DNA from: Promethearchaeota archaeon
Lineage (GTDB): Archaea > Asgardarchaeota > Lokiarchaeia > Sigyniarchaeales > SOKP01
Reading direction: 5' to 3'
Length of the DNA stretch: 64,000 nt
NCBI GenBank assembly: GCA_048940445.1
Contig: JBHLON010000007.1
Location: 1 to 64,000, forward strand
Positions within the stretch are counted from its first letter, which is position 1; every line of letters starts with the position of its first letter. The translations under genes were made by a program, and so were the position numbers. Below the pieces are notes generated by a model. The model saw only the letters and a list, made by a program, of their open reading frames with translations, made no database searches and had not been told where the DNA came from. Below are positions 30,792 to 42,071 of this stretch, piece by piece.

Positions 30792-31163
30792 ATGTCCTCA
30801 ATTAAAGGATTTCTTTGGAGTTTAGTATTTTTATTAACAGCTGGGATTTATGGTTCGATACCCACCTATTTAATGGTTGAATACTGGCAGTGGTTAAATT
30901 CATTTACAACACCAACTGGAACACCAGTGTACACAATTCCCCTGTTTTTATTATTTCTGTGGATAATCTCGTTAGTAGTTACATTAATTTATCTTGTAGC
31001 AATGATGAGAGCAATTATACAAAGAAAGAATGAGGATTTAGGAATTCCTAGAGGTGTAAAAGGTTTTGGCCTTATATCTTCAATACTAGTAATTTCATTT
31101 ATGGTTATATGGTATATATTATTTCAACAAATTGCTTTTTTTTCTATGGCGTCTCCTCTATAA
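30792..31163 (+). CDS. Small 3-TM membrane protein
   Basis: 123-aa ORF with three hydrophobic segments. Confidence 0.7.
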   Translation: MSSIKGFLWSLVFLLTAGIYGSIPTYLMVEYWQWLNSFTTPTGTPVYTIPLFLLFLWIISLVVTLIYLVAMMRAIIQRKNEDLGIPRGVKGFGLISSILVISFMVIWYILFQQIAFFSMASPL

Positions 31164-31188
31164 TCATAAACGCCACAAAACCTCTCAA

Positions 31189-32367
31189 CTATTCTAATGA
31201 AAGAGGATATTCACCGAACTCTCTTGTTGCTTCAACCATCCAACGCAAATTTTGAACTTTTACAGCAGGATGCATATTAGCAGCACTAACAATAAAGCCT
31301 CCTCCTGCACCAGCTGTTTTAATCGCATTTTTAACAGCATCTAAAACTTCTTGTTTGGTTCCATAAGTCAAAGTGTGAGCAATATCAATATTTCCCATAA
31401 GGCACAATTTATCACCTACTTTTTTCTTCACTAGACCTAAATCAACTCCTGCTGTAGGTTCAAGAGAATGAAGCCCATCAAATCCACAATTCACGATAAA
31501 ATCCAATAAGGGAGTTATGTGCCCATCGGTGTGAAGTACTATTTTTCCTCCTCGCTCATGAACAGTATCAGTAATTATTTTATATGCCGGTAAAAGTAGT
31601 TCTGTGAACTTTTTAGGACTCATCATAGGACCAGTTTTATAAGCTAGATCTCCTGATTCAACAAATACTTCAGCACCAGCTTCCATATAACTCTTGTATA
31701 ATTCTGCCGTGAATTGAGCCAAAGTGATATGTACTTCTTTAATAAATCGCGGGTCTTTTCTTACCATCCTCGCATAGAAAGACCACCCTAATCCTTGTGA
31801 AGCAGATTCGAAGGTTCCTAAGTAATCGTTTGTTACGATTACAAAAATTTTATCTTTATGTTTTTTATTAATCCGTCGGAAAAACTTTTTAGCCATTTTT
31901 TTATACTTACTAAGAGTAGGCCCCTCTAAATTGCCTTTGATGTCTTTCCATGCTTCTTTGCTATTAACAGTGCCATGGATGTAATAGGGATTAAAATTCC
32001 CCTCATTGTTTAATACTTTCCACACTCTACCAAAGATATCTCCTAAAAGAAATTTATCATCTTTTTGTTCTTCTAAAACATAAAAAGGGATAATTCCTAC
32101 TTGCATAACATCTAAACCAATAGTAGCAGCGGCCTCTACACATCGAGAAAAAACTGAAATTTCGATACCTTCAATTAAGTTACTCATTTCATCTATCCAT
32201 CCTTCAGGATTATGGATTCTTACTTTTTCAAGGGTTTCAAAATCATCAATTTGAGGTTTACCAAGAATTTCATCAACATTGTTAGCATCAATTAAGATTG
32301 TGTGACAAGGAACTCGATCTGGTTCTTCTAAGTTTAAAGTAGTAAGAACTCTTTCTCTACAGTCCAT
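31189..32367 (-). CDS. Uroporphyrinogen decarboxylase / MtaA-CmuA methyltransferase family protein
   Basis: RERVL..L..EEPDRVP, GDLAYKTGPMMSP, LHTDG, LMGNID, GGFIVS. Confidence 0.82.
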   Translation of the reverse strand: MDCRERVLTTLNLEEPDRVPCHTILIDANNVDEILGKPQIDDFETLEKVRIHNPEGWIDEMSNLIEGIEISVFSRCVEAAATIGLDVMQVGIIPFYVLEEQKDDKFLLGDIFGRVWKVLNNEGNFNPYYIHGTVNSKEAWKDIKGNLEGPTLSKYKKMAKKFFRRINKKHKDKIFVIVTNDYLGTFESASQGLGWSFYARMVRKDPRFIKEVHITLAQFTAELYKSYMEAGAEVFVESGDLAYKTGPMMSPKKFTELLLPAYKIITDTVHERGGKIVLHTDGHITPLLDFIVNCGFDGLHSLEPTAGVDLGLVKKKVGDKLCLMGNIDIAHTLTYGTKQEVLDAVKNAIKTAGAGGGFIVSAANMHPAVKVQNLRWMVEATREFGEYPLSLE

Positions 32368-32495
32368 AATTTTACACGATTGTAAAAATAAGTTTAATAA
32401 AAAGACCAGTTTAGCCTTTTTAGTATATATTTTTATTTGTTCAATATAAAGATTTACTTTTTAATTGATTGAATAAAAATAGTATCATAAAGTTT

Positions 32496-33719
32496 TCATT
32501 TTATTAATTTGAGAGAATTTGTAAGAATTATGGGATTTTTAATTAAAAATCTAAATAAAAACAAGAATATAAATGGATTTCTAAGCATTTTTATTACAAT
32601 ATTTTTTGGAAAATCCATATCTCCATATATAGATATTAATTTTTCTATTTTATAGCGCTTAATTATGTTAAAAAAAACTTTAAAATCTTTATTAGAAAGT
32701 CTCATTAAAATAAGACGGAGTAAATAATGAATTTTTAACTCTCTACCTATTGATTTTTTACATGGTATTTCATAATGTTTCTTAATAAATTTTTTTGAAA
32801 AGTTGTTTCTGATAAAACATAATTTTATACAATTACATGCTATCTTTGCGGCTTTTAGAAGCATTATAATTCCCCCTCCAGTAGTTGCTTTAACCTGTCC
32901 AGCTGCGTCTCCAAGTAAAAAACCATTATTAAAAGCTAATTTGTTCATAAATCCAAATGGTATAATACCTCCTTGTTGGTCTAATTTATGCTCAAATTTT
33001 AACCCTAATTTTTTTAAATAGAATTCAAAATTTTTCTTTAACTTTGAGCAAGTAGCTAGTCCTATTCGGTAGATATTATCTCCCTCAGGAACAATCCATC
33101 CAAAAAGTTCTTTCCATCTTTGATGAAAATACAATACAGCTTCATTCTCATCAAACTCTCCACTAATACGAATTTGAATCGCATAAATAATTTTATTCTT
33201 GACACTTATTAACTTTCCTACTCTGCTTAAGGGTCCATCACATCCTATTATCATTTTAGCTTTAATCAATCGTTTGTCTGTAGTGATAAATAACTCTTTT
33301 TGGGCAATTTCCTCTCTAAATTCAAAATTCTTGAATTTTTCATTTAAAAAGTATGTGATATTTGATTTATCTTTGATCTTATAATAAAATAGGCGATCTA
33401 ATGCTACACGATCAATTATATATGGATTATCTGAACCCGAAAGTCTGATAAATTTCCCTTTTGGAGCAACAATTCTTGCAATCTTAACACGATTTAATAT
33501 TATGTTTTTTGGGATATTAATAAGATTTGTCAACTTTTGAGAAATAATTCCAGCACATTGAAATGGTAATCCAATATTAGAATGCTCTTCAATAATACAA
33601 ATCTTCAAATTAGAGTTTGCTAATAAATAAGATAAATAATTGCCTGCAATGCTTCCACCTATAATACAGATATCAAAATATTCAAAAGTATTATCCATTA
33701 ACAGATAATATTTTAACAA
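32496..33719 (-). CDS. Geranylgeranyl reductase family (digeranylgeranylglycerophospholipid reductase-like)
   Basis: IIGGSIAG, GLPFQCAG, IGCDG, FGWIVP, GDAAGQVKATTGGG. Confidence 0.85.
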   Translation of the reverse strand: MLKYYLLMDNTFEYFDICIIGGSIAGNYLSYLLANSNLKICIIEEHSNIGLPFQCAGIISQKLTNLINIPKNIILNRVKIARIVAPKGKFIRLSGSDNPYIIDRVALDRLFYYKIKDKSNITYFLNEKFKNFEFREEIAQKELFITTDKRLIKAKMIIGCDGPLSRVGKLISVKNKIIYAIQIRISGEFDENEAVLYFHQRWKELFGWIVPEGDNIYRIGLATCSKLKKNFEFYLKKLGLKFEHKLDQQGGIIPFGFMNKLAFNNGFLLGDAAGQVKATTGGGIIMLLKAAKIACNCIKLCFIRNNFSKKFIKKHYEIPCKKSIGRELKIHYLLRLILMRLSNKDFKVFFNIIKRYKIEKLISIYGDMDFPKNIVIKMLRNPFIFLFLFRFLIKNPIILTNSLKLIK

Positions 33720-33741
33720 GGAATTAGAATTTTATTATTAA

Positions 33742-34773
33742 TCAAGAATAAAGCTTAAAGAATCTTAAATCTCCTTCCGGGATTGGACGATAACCTAATG
33801 ATATCATCATCCCATAAACGAGTGCAAGAACCATTCCTTTGAAAACAGAGTCTTTTTTTAGATTCAAATCTGTTCTAGAAGTTAATAATGGCAAAACTTT
33901 ATTTACAATATATCGTGTTTCATTCTTTTGCTCATGATACTCTCTTATTTTTGTTTCGAATAAATTCATAAAACTTTCATGTTCTAATAATATTTTCTGA
34001 ACATTCTCTTGACCGTTTATTATCCCAAAATGTCCAAAGCCAGCTCTTTTGGGTCTTAACTTTTTTAAATGCTCAAGAGTCCTCATATATTCAGTATGGT
34101 TATAATAAATGGGCATTGAGACAGGCATAGTACACAATTTTGATGAATGATAAATAGTACCTACAGCTTCGCCTAAAAAAATGAAATCTATTTTATTATT
34201 TTTTAAAAAAAAAGCAGATTGATGATCTGGGGCATGACCTGGGGTTTTAAGTATACCTAATTTAATTTCATCTTCATTTACATAGAAATTATCAATAGTT
34301 TCAAACTTATCAGTATTACTATCGAAAATATTGCTCGGTTTTATAATTTCAAAAGCTTTCTCTTCGATTTTTTCCATTTTTCCAACAAAGTTACCATAAG
34401 TTCTTCTTGCTCGATTAAGATGATGCTCATAATCATTAAGTAACTTCATTGTTTTTTGATTAGTTAAGATTTTAACATCTGGATTATGTTTCTTCAAAAA
34501 ATTGTAAACTAAATACATCCCTCCAGCATGATCAAAATGATGATGAGACGTTATCAGATACTTGAAAGAACTAAGAGGAATTTCATTCTTTTTGATATAA
34601 TCTATAAGGTTCTTCGCATCTAAAGAACTTCCACAGTCTAAAAGAATGCTGCCATTGTCAAATTCTCCGATATAAGCAGACAACATTTTTGATTTCCCAT
34701 ATGATCTTAAATCAATATGATGAAGGTATGCATTAGTTTTCCCAGAACTAATCGTTATTAAATCTTGTTTCAT
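33742..34773 (-). CDS. MBL-fold metallo-hydrolase
   Basis: LDCG, SHHHFDHAGG, TPGHAPDH, FGHFG. Confidence 0.85.
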   Translation of the reverse strand: MKQDLITISSGKTNAYLHHIDLRSYGKSKMLSAYIGEFDNGSILLDCGSSLDAKNLIDYIKKNEIPLSSFKYLITSHHHFDHAGGMYLVYNFLKKHNPDVKILTNQKTMKLLNDYEHHLNRARRTYGNFVGKMEKIEEKAFEIIKPSNIFDSNTDKFETIDNFYVNEDEIKLGILKTPGHAPDHQSAFFLKNNKIDFIFLGEAVGTIYHSSKLCTMPVSMPIYYNHTEYMRTLEHLKKLRPKRAGFGHFGIINGQENVQKILLEHESFMNLFETKIREYHEQKNETRYIVNKVLPLLTSRTDLNLKKDSVFKGMVLALVYGMMISLGYRPIPEGDLRFFKLYS

Positions 34774-34866
34774 GTAAAAGAAAATAAAATATTAAATTTG
34801 AATTATTTCATTTCAAAAGAAAATCATTTTAAAAGAATAGGTTTTGAATTTTAAAAAATAGAGTTT

Positions 34867-37047
34867 TTATAAATTTAATTTCTGCTTCCAAAATTGCATT
34901 TTCATTTTTAAATCCTCTTTCTCAGACTGACTTAAAATATAAGTTTTTCCCCGAATGTCATTACTTGTATTATTAATATTTTTCAATACGCTATTGTATC
35001 CCTCTTTATTAATGTATTCAGTTTGAAATTTTTCTAATGCTTTAGAAAGCTCTAAACCCGTCATACTTTCAAGTCCTTCTAAGATTAAATCAAATTGTTT
35101 TGATAAAAGAGATTTTGCTTCTGTAGTTTGGACTTCTTTTAATGGTTCTTCCATTACTTTTGGCTTTTGAGCAATTGGTTCCACCTTTACAGCAGGTGTT
35201 GGGGTGGTGGGTTTTTCTAATATCTGGCGTTTTACTTCATGAACCACCTCTTTCCTTGCACCTAACCAGGCTTCCTCGAGTATTGGTACAAAAATCTTGA
35301 TGTGTTCTTCAATGATACTTCCTACTCCAGCAATTTCTGTGACAATATCTCCTCTTACTTCGGTTTTATTAAGCACACATACTACTACAGATTCATAATC
35401 CTTATTTATACCCCATAAGTTTTGTAGCCCCCTGTGTCTGTAATCAACATTATCCATTTTATCAAATTGTTCAATGATAGATAGATGATTAGGATTTGAT
35501 AAGTCAATGCTAGTCGCTATTCTAAAGTTTATATGAGAAGGTCGATCTTTAATTGCTTCAATATCAATATCATCTAACTGAGGAGCTACAATTAACACTC
35601 GCATTTTAGCTTTTAAGATTTCATCATTAATATGAGCTTTAGCACTTTCAGGTGATCTTATAAACCAAATATCCTTCATCGTAAAACCGGCACCTTTTTT
35701 TGCTTGTTCCCAAAATTCGCTTGTAACTCTCTCAGATACTTCTAGCTTTTGTAAGATATCATCTAATGTGGTGTTTAATGTAGAGACAATTTGATTGGAA
35801 AAAACATCTCTCATATCACCAAAAGATTCCAAAACACCTCCAGAGATACCCTCAATTTTTTCCTCAGCAGCTTGCACTGCCTTATTAAAATTTTCAGCGA
35901 TATCCGAATAAATTTTTTCTTTATCCTCTTCTACTTTTGATGCAAGCCCATCTATATTTTTCATCGTACTTTGCAATGAATCTTTTAATTTATTGATAAT
36001 TTCAGGATCAATACCTGTAGAGACTTTTTTCAGCTCATCTGAGAAAGCCATCTGGCTGACACTTAGTTGAACATTTACAGCATCAGTGATTTCTTTTAAT
36101 CTAGAATCTATTATTTTTTCAAGGACTTGATCAACTGTTTGTTGGATAACACCTAATCGAAGTTTCTGTAGATTCGAAGATACGGTTGATTTAATATTAT
36201 CAAATTCACTTTTTAAATCTGACAACTGACCTTTAATAATTTGATTTGTCTTCTTATTAATCTCTTCAAATTTTGTTGACATATCCCCTAACTGATCTGT
36301 TGGTACAGTTGTAGTTGCTCCTTCTAATTTTGATATATCTTCAGTTATACCTCGAATTTGATCCATGACTGCCATTGTCTCATCAAACTCTTTTTTCTGA
36401 GAGCGAATCTGAGAAAGCATTGTATCTTTAAGTTCTTTCATTAATTTTGTAGAGTCTGTAGGCACTGCTTTACTTGGAGTCGTTTCGATTGTTGTAAATG
36501 TTTTATTTAATTGGATAGGTATGCTGGATTTAATATCAGATATATATTTATGAAACTTTTTTAATTGTCCAATTAAAGCCGCATAAGGGGGTAAAGCTGT
36601 ATAATGAGGCTTAGCTCCAACAATTTCCTTGAATAAACCTTTTTCTACAAATCTTTTTGCGATGCCCTCACATAACTCTTTCGGTTTATTAATTAATAGA
36701 GCCATTTCACCTATAGATACAGCTTCTCTTCCAGTGGTTCTGAAATATAATTCAATTTCTTCATCATTTAATCCAAGTTCACCTAATACTTGTCTTGTTA
36801 ACTCTTCAGAATATGAAACATCTTCTCTCTGCACTACATCCTTAATTTCGAAATTTTCTACTTCTAAGTATTGATTTAGATAGACAATTAATTTATGAGG
36901 TGGGTCTCCATGCAAACTTTCTTTTTTGATTGGAAATTTTGTAACCGCTTTATATTCATCAACAGTAACCTTAAATTTAATTTCTTTTAAACACACCTTA
37001 CAAGAATAAGGAATTTCAATTTGTTCTTTATCTTTAAATAAATACAT
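34867..37047 (-). CDS. Multidomain protein: CxxC..HGxPxH module + TrmB-like wHTH + long coiled coil + TrmB C-terminal-like domain
   Basis: CKVC...HGDPPH; LGLNDEEIELY..SIGEMA..VEKGLF..HYTALPP; about 300 aa of heptad-rich sequence; IWFIRS..AKAHI..AKMRVLIVAP. Confidence 0.55.
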   Translation of the reverse strand: MYLFKDKEQIEIPYSCKVCLKEIKFKVTVDEYKAVTKFPIKKESLHGDPPHKLIVYLNQYLEVENFEIKDVVQREDVSYSEELTRQVLGELGLNDEEIELYFRTTGREAVSIGEMALLINKPKELCEGIAKRFVEKGLFKEIVGAKPHYTALPPYAALIGQLKKFHKYISDIKSSIPIQLNKTFTTIETTPSKAVPTDSTKLMKELKDTMLSQIRSQKKEFDETMAVMDQIRGITEDISKLEGATTTVPTDQLGDMSTKFEEINKKTNQIIKGQLSDLKSEFDNIKSTVSSNLQKLRLGVIQQTVDQVLEKIIDSRLKEITDAVNVQLSVSQMAFSDELKKVSTGIDPEIINKLKDSLQSTMKNIDGLASKVEEDKEKIYSDIAENFNKAVQAAEEKIEGISGGVLESFGDMRDVFSNQIVSTLNTTLDDILQKLEVSERVTSEFWEQAKKGAGFTMKDIWFIRSPESAKAHINDEILKAKMRVLIVAPQLDDIDIEAIKDRPSHINFRIATSIDLSNPNHLSIIEQFDKMDNVDYRHRGLQNLWGINKDYESVVVCVLNKTEVRGDIVTEIAGVGSIIEEHIKIFVPILEEAWLGARKEVVHEVKRQILEKPTTPTPAVKVEPIAQKPKVMEEPLKEVQTTEAKSLLSKQFDLILEGLESMTGLELSKALEKFQTEYINKEGYNSVLKNINNTSNDIRGKTYILSQSEKEDLKMKMQFWKQKLNL

Positions 37048-37072
37048 TTTTGCAGATCATCTCATTTTATTT

Positions 37073-38329
37073 TTAAAATACAACTTTTTCAGGATACGAC
37101 ACTTCTAATAAATCTAATGCTTTTTTTGCTACTTCATATGTTATTTTTCCATCAGAATCTTCTTGTCTATAGGCTTCTCTAATTTTAGGGAGCAAATACT
37201 CTGGGAATATAGTTAAAGGTTTAATATCTGTTAAAAGTAAAATCCAGCTTCTCTTATTTTCATCTTTAATCTCAGTGATTACGTTAATCTTTTTAAGATT
37301 ATCAAGCAATATTTCAGTTACAGCAAATTCACTAAAGATTTTAGGAATTTTATCAAGGGGGTAATGGTTACTGCGGAGCAGAACGAAGAAGTCATAGATA
37401 TCAGGATTTAATAATATGGCTGCAAGTCGTTTGATTTCTTCAACTGGTTCAGTATAAGGGTCATAATGGGCGAAAAAATCTATTGCCTTTTGTTTATAAG
37501 GTTCCAATAACTCATTGTTAGTATCTTTGAAATGTTTTAGAAGATTTTCATTTGGTACGCGTGAAAACATTATATCTTTTACCAAAAATAAATATTCACC
37601 TTGATTCCTGATGACTCCTGTCTTTTTATCTTTTTCCCCTTTAATCCAATCACGCCTCACTAGATTTAATTCAAGAAAAGGACGTAGAAGGATATCAATA
37701 TTCGCTGTAGGTTTCATCTTTTCAACTATCTTTTTCATTTCATCCTTTGATATTGGTCGTTTTCTGAGAGTCTCAAGAATTTTTAATCGTTCATTACTGT
37801 TATAAATTAATGCAACTTTCTGTAATCTATCTAATTGACTTAAACGCTCAATTTGAAAGATTGTATATTTTAATTCATTCATTAATCGGATATTTACATT
37901 AGAGATTAGGTCGATCTGTTTAGTATTTGTTGCTTTAGTTAACTTTTCAAAAATGACATCTAAACGTTTAGCCATATCCTTGAGTATATCCTCAAATAAT
38001 TCGATTTCATCGTCTAATTCAAAAATTGCTATTGTAAGATATTGAGTTCCATCTGGAAGTTGTTTAAAATAAGACACTACTTGATAAGGTGTTTCTTTTA
38101 ATTTCCCTTCATAAAAATTGCTGAAACCATATTTTGTTCCATAAATTCCAGTAGTATGTTGATAAAAAGTCGCAAAGATATCATTCTGTATAATCAATTC
38201 TAAATAATTGTTTTCATTAAACTGTTCATTTTTAAAAACTAATTGAATAGGGCTGAATTCAGGATTTATCTCACCAGTAGTTTCATTTTGATTTAATAAA
38301 AAATTAAAACTTAATATTCCTTGAATCAT
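37073..38329 (-). CDS. Hypothetical protein; possible N-terminal longin/DENN-like region and central wHTH
   Basis: 418-aa ORF co-oriented with 34867..37047; ERLKILETLRKRPISKDEM..LLRPFLELNLVRRDW resembles a winged helix. The domain calls are tentative. Confidence 0.45.
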   Translation of the reverse strand: MIQGILSFNFLLNQNETTGEINPEFSPIQLVFKNEQFNENNYLELIIQNDIFATFYQHTTGIYGTKYGFSNFYEGKLKETPYQVVSYFKQLPDGTQYLTIAIFELDDEIELFEDILKDMAKRLDVIFEKLTKATNTKQIDLISNVNIRLMNELKYTIFQIERLSQLDRLQKVALIYNSNERLKILETLRKRPISKDEMKKIVEKMKPTANIDILLRPFLELNLVRRDWIKGEKDKKTGVIRNQGEYLFLVKDIMFSRVPNENLLKHFKDTNNELLEPYKQKAIDFFAHYDPYTEPVEEIKRLAAILLNPDIYDFFVLLRSNHYPLDKIPKIFSEFAVTEILLDNLKKINVITEIKDENKRSWILLLTDIKPLTIFPEYLLPKIREAYRQEDSDGKITYEVAKKALDLLEVSYPEKVVF

Positions 38330-38619
38330 GTTTGATGTCGCACTCTTAGATTTTAATTTTTTTCAAATATTTGTTTTCTTATAATAATTTCTTAAGTAAT
38401 GTATTAAATTAAATTTAACCTATAAGAATATTTAAAATTCATTATTTTATCAAGATTTCTCTCAAAAGGTTGCAAATAATTTATAATAATAAAAAAATAT
38501 GTTATATCCTATAATCAAAATAAATAATTTGCCAAGTTAAATTAAAAACATAATTTGTTTAAGTAGCTTGTTTAATAATATTTAAACTAAATGGAGTTTT
38601 ATATTTAAAATATTGATTC

Positions 38620-40293
38620 TTGAGAGTGATTTTCATGATTAAAAATCCTAAAATCAAAAAATATTTTCTGTTTATTTTTATAATATTACCATTAATTTTG
38701 CTAAATCCATTTATTCTCCAATTTAACTCTATTCAAGTAAGAGATTATAATCCTAAAAAGGAAGGTGTAAAAAGTTCTTATGTTGTATCCCATAGTGGTT
38801 CATGGTTAAAAAACTCAAATTTTGATACTACTATTGTTCCATGGTTTCCAAGTATAAGCGGTGATTCCTCAGATGTGAATGCTTCCTACTCTCCTGGTCA
38901 GGCAAATTTGGAAATTACTGGTGATCAAAGAACTTTTTCTGAAATTTCTGGAACACCTACTGAAACAGACTGGCATAATGTTACTAATCCACTTTTTCCG
39001 GCATTACCCGATAATTACGGAATTGATAGCTATGGCTGTTGGGCAAATCATACATGGATTGATCCAACAGATCCTAATCAATCTCCTAGTATTCATTGGG
39101 AAAGAAATGTTACTATGCCAGTAAATATGGCTGATTATGAGATAACTTCCGCTTCAATTTCAGCGGTTTATAACGCAACAGTCACAGCCTATCCAGGAGG
39201 AGCAGGATCTCCAAGTAATAATTATGGTGTAGAGGTGCCTGGTGATCAAGTAGGTTCTAATACTCAATATCAAAGGGATTATGATAATGTAAGATTTTAT
39301 GTTTTAGTCTCTGATTTAGAGAATAATGAAAGCTATGAAATAGCATGGTATCAATCTATTGATTTGGGAAAAGATTCAGCAGGTGCTTATGATAGTATTG
39401 CGGATTCATTTATGAATACGGTTGTTAATCAAACCTTGATTTATTATTTGAGTTCTCTATTTGAACGTGATAATTTTCACTTTAAAATAACACTTGGGAT
39501 AAGAATTAAATGTGTTGATAATTGGACTTATGATCGCGATCGCTGGGACTCTCTTCGGATTAAATCATGTAATTTAAGTTTCACTTATGAAAAAAAAATT
39601 GATAAATTTACTACTGTCTCATGGAATCAAATTGGGAATCAAATTACTGGAGATAACGTTTATATAACAGGAGCTAACCTAACTTTTAAATATAAAATTG
39701 ATCAACCTTGGCCTGAAATTCTTTCACCAAATTCTGAGCTTATTGTTTTGATAAACAATAATTCACACAGTGAAACAATTAATTTAAATTTGGCAACCAC
39801 AACCTTTCAGGAAGCGAAAACAGAAGGTTTTGATGTGGAATATCTAATCCTGAAAGATGTAAATATCTCTCTTTCTATAGAGCTTTATTTAGCTGACGAT
39901 TTTTTGTTGAATCGAACAATTACGGTCTCTTTAGATGATGTATTCCTTGAGATCAGTTATATCACCGTGTATCGTGAATTTTTATCTGAACCCGAAATAT
40001 TTCGGTTATTATTAATATTAGCATTAGTAGCTGCTGCCGCTGTGGGAACTTACTTTATATTATATCAACGAATATTAAAGTATCCTTTAGCTGTTAGAAA
40101 AGTAAGAAGATATAGGAGCTCTCTAAATAAAGCAGAGGCTCCCAGTTCCTCCATAGCGGATTCCGGATCATCATTTAATAAGATTTACAACAATGAGTTA
40201 AATAAGTCATCAAAATATTTGAAATTAAAAACCTCCGGAGAAATAAATAAATCAAATATGATAAGAAAAGAAGGAGGAGAGGGTTTAAAATGA
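38620..40293 (+). CDS. Membrane-anchored surface glycoprotein, paralog type A, with conserved cytoplasmic tail
   Basis: N-terminal TM, Asn/Trp-rich extracellular domain with many N-x-S/T sequons, C-terminal TM then YQRILKYPLAVRKVRRYR. Confidence 0.8.
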   Translation: MRVIFMIKNPKIKKYFLFIFIILPLILLNPFILQFNSIQVRDYNPKKEGVKSSYVVSHSGSWLKNSNFDTTIVPWFPSISGDSSDVNASYSPGQANLEITGDQRTFSEISGTPTETDWHNVTNPLFPALPDNYGIDSYGCWANHTWIDPTDPNQSPSIHWERNVTMPVNMADYEITSASISAVYNATVTAYPGGAGSPSNNYGVEVPGDQVGSNTQYQRDYDNVRFYVLVSDLENNESYEIAWYQSIDLGKDSAGAYDSIADSFMNTVVNQTLIYYLSSLFERDNFHFKITLGIRIKCVDNWTYDRDRWDSLRIKSCNLSFTYEKKIDKFTTVSWNQIGNQITGDNVYITGANLTFKYKIDQPWPEILSPNSELIVLINNNSHSETINLNLATTTFQEAKTEGFDVEYLILKDVNISLSIELYLADDFLLNRTITVSLDDVFLEISYITVYREFLSEPEIFRLLLILALVAAAAVGTYFILYQRILKYPLAVRKVRRYRSSLNKAEAPSSSIADSGSSFNKIYNNELNKSSKYLKLKTSGEINKSNMIRKEGGEGLK

Positions 40294-41870
40294 AAATACT
40301 ATCAAGAAGAGGCAAAAAGTTTCTCTATATGTTCCTTTTTTTCACTCTAGTAGGAATTTCAACTCTAGTCTATAACTCTCAAAATTTAGTGATATTTGAC
40401 AATGAAAACTTAAATCTTCATTCTTCTGATATAGTTACAAGAACTCGAGAGTGGATAAAGAATGCTGATTTTTCATATCCAATAGAACCATGGTATTCTC
40501 AAGCTTCAGGTGATATATCAGACACTGCCGTTGGATTTAGTCCTGGGGAGGGATATTTTAAAGTAATAGGTGAGGAGTATACATTTTCAGATATTTCAGG
40601 AACGCCATTGAGTTCTAATTGGACAAGGGTTCATAATCCTGAATTTCCAGCATACCCTGATACAGCAACAATCAATTCAGGCGGATGCTATGTCAGCCAT
40701 CAATGGGCAGAATATGCTGATCAATCTCCGAGTGTAAATTGGGATAGAAACGTCAGCATGCCAATTGATATGTCAGATTACATTATCACATCGGCATCAT
40801 TAACAGCAATAGTGAATGGAAGTGTTGATGTTAATGTAGAAGCTCCTGGTGATTCTGCAACAGATCACTATACATGGGATTATGCCAGATTCTACGTCCT
40901 ATTATCAGATTTATCTAAAAGTAAAAAGTATGAGATTGCACATTATCAAACTGTTGATTTAGGGAAAGATGGTCCTCCAGCAATCACTCAACTAAATGAT
41001 ACATTGATGACAACAGTTTCAGAAAATGATTTGAAATTTTATTTAACCTCTGTTTTATCAAGTGATTTCCAGAATTTTACTATAACATTAGGAATAAGAA
41101 TCTGGTGTGAAGATAATCGCCTAAGTGATCAAGATGATTGGAATTATTTATATATAAATTCATGCTCTCTCACATTCACTTATCAAAAGAAAGTAGATCA
41201 GAGATCTAGTGCTTCTTGGAATCAGATAGGAGATAGGATTAGTGGTCAAAACGTTTCTATAGTAGATGGAAATCTTCAATTTAAATATAAGATTGATCAA
41301 TTATGGCCCATGGAATTATCTACAAACTCTAGATTAAATATTTTAATCAATAATAACACTTTATTAGAAAATATTAAATTAATTACTGCAACTTCAACAT
41401 TTCAAGATGCTAAGGCTGGAGGTTTTGATGTAACGAGATTAATTCTAAAGGATGTCAATATCTCATTAAGTATAGAGCTCTTTTTAGGTGACACGTTTCC
41501 ATTAGATCATAATTTTACAATATCCATAACGGATGTATATTTAAGAATAATTTATACTGAATTTGTTCCAGAACGTGAAGAACAGCCTTGGTTCTTTGCA
41601 GGTTTGTTTATAATATCTGCGATCGCAGCAGCAGTATTGACTGGATTATTAATAGCATATGCAAAGGTATGGAGATTCCCTATTCCAATTAGAAAGATAC
41701 GAAAACATAAAAAAGCATTAACCGATGAAAAAGCTCCCGATGTTAAAATTATAAGTCGTGAGGCTGCTTTCAAGAGAAATTACTCTGGAGAAATGGACAA
41801 AACAACTAAAATTCTTAAAGGGCCCCCTCTCAATGGAAAAATTGAAAAGGAAAAGTTATTTAGAAAATAA
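40290..41870 (+). CDS. Membrane-anchored surface glycoprotein, paralog type A
   Basis: Clear paralog of 38620 (WIKNADF, QSPSVNWDRNVSMP, DLGKD, FKYKIDQ); ATGA overlap; tail YAKVWRFPIPIRKIRKHK. Confidence 0.8.
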   Translation: MKILSRRGKKFLYMFLFFTLVGISTLVYNSQNLVIFDNENLNLHSSDIVTRTREWIKNADFSYPIEPWYSQASGDISDTAVGFSPGEGYFKVIGEEYTFSDISGTPLSSNWTRVHNPEFPAYPDTATINSGGCYVSHQWAEYADQSPSVNWDRNVSMPIDMSDYIITSASLTAIVNGSVDVNVEAPGDSATDHYTWDYARFYVLLSDLSKSKKYEIAHYQTVDLGKDGPPAITQLNDTLMTTVSENDLKFYLTSVLSSDFQNFTITLGIRIWCEDNRLSDQDDWNYLYINSCSLTFTYQKKVDQRSSASWNQIGDRISGQNVSIVDGNLQFKYKIDQLWPMELSTNSRLNILINNNTLLENIKLITATSTFQDAKAGGFDVTRLILKDVNISLSIELFLGDTFPLDHNFTISITDVYLRIIYTEFVPEREEQPWFFAGLFIISAIAAAVLTGLLIAYAKVWRFPIPIRKIRKHKKALTDEKAPDVKIISREAAFKRNYSGEMDKTTKILKGPPLNGKIEKEKLFRK

Positions 41871-42071
41871 ACAATAAACTGTAGAAAGAGTAAAAATCCA
41901 TAATTAACTTTAATTTTTTCTTTAAAGCTAATAATTATAAAATATCTTTAACATTTTTCTTCAATCATCAAAATTTAATATAATATTGTAATTCGCTAAA
42001 AAAAATTTAAATCAAAAGTTCCTATAATATTATATTTAAATAATACGAAAAAATTAGGAAAGGGTTGAAAT

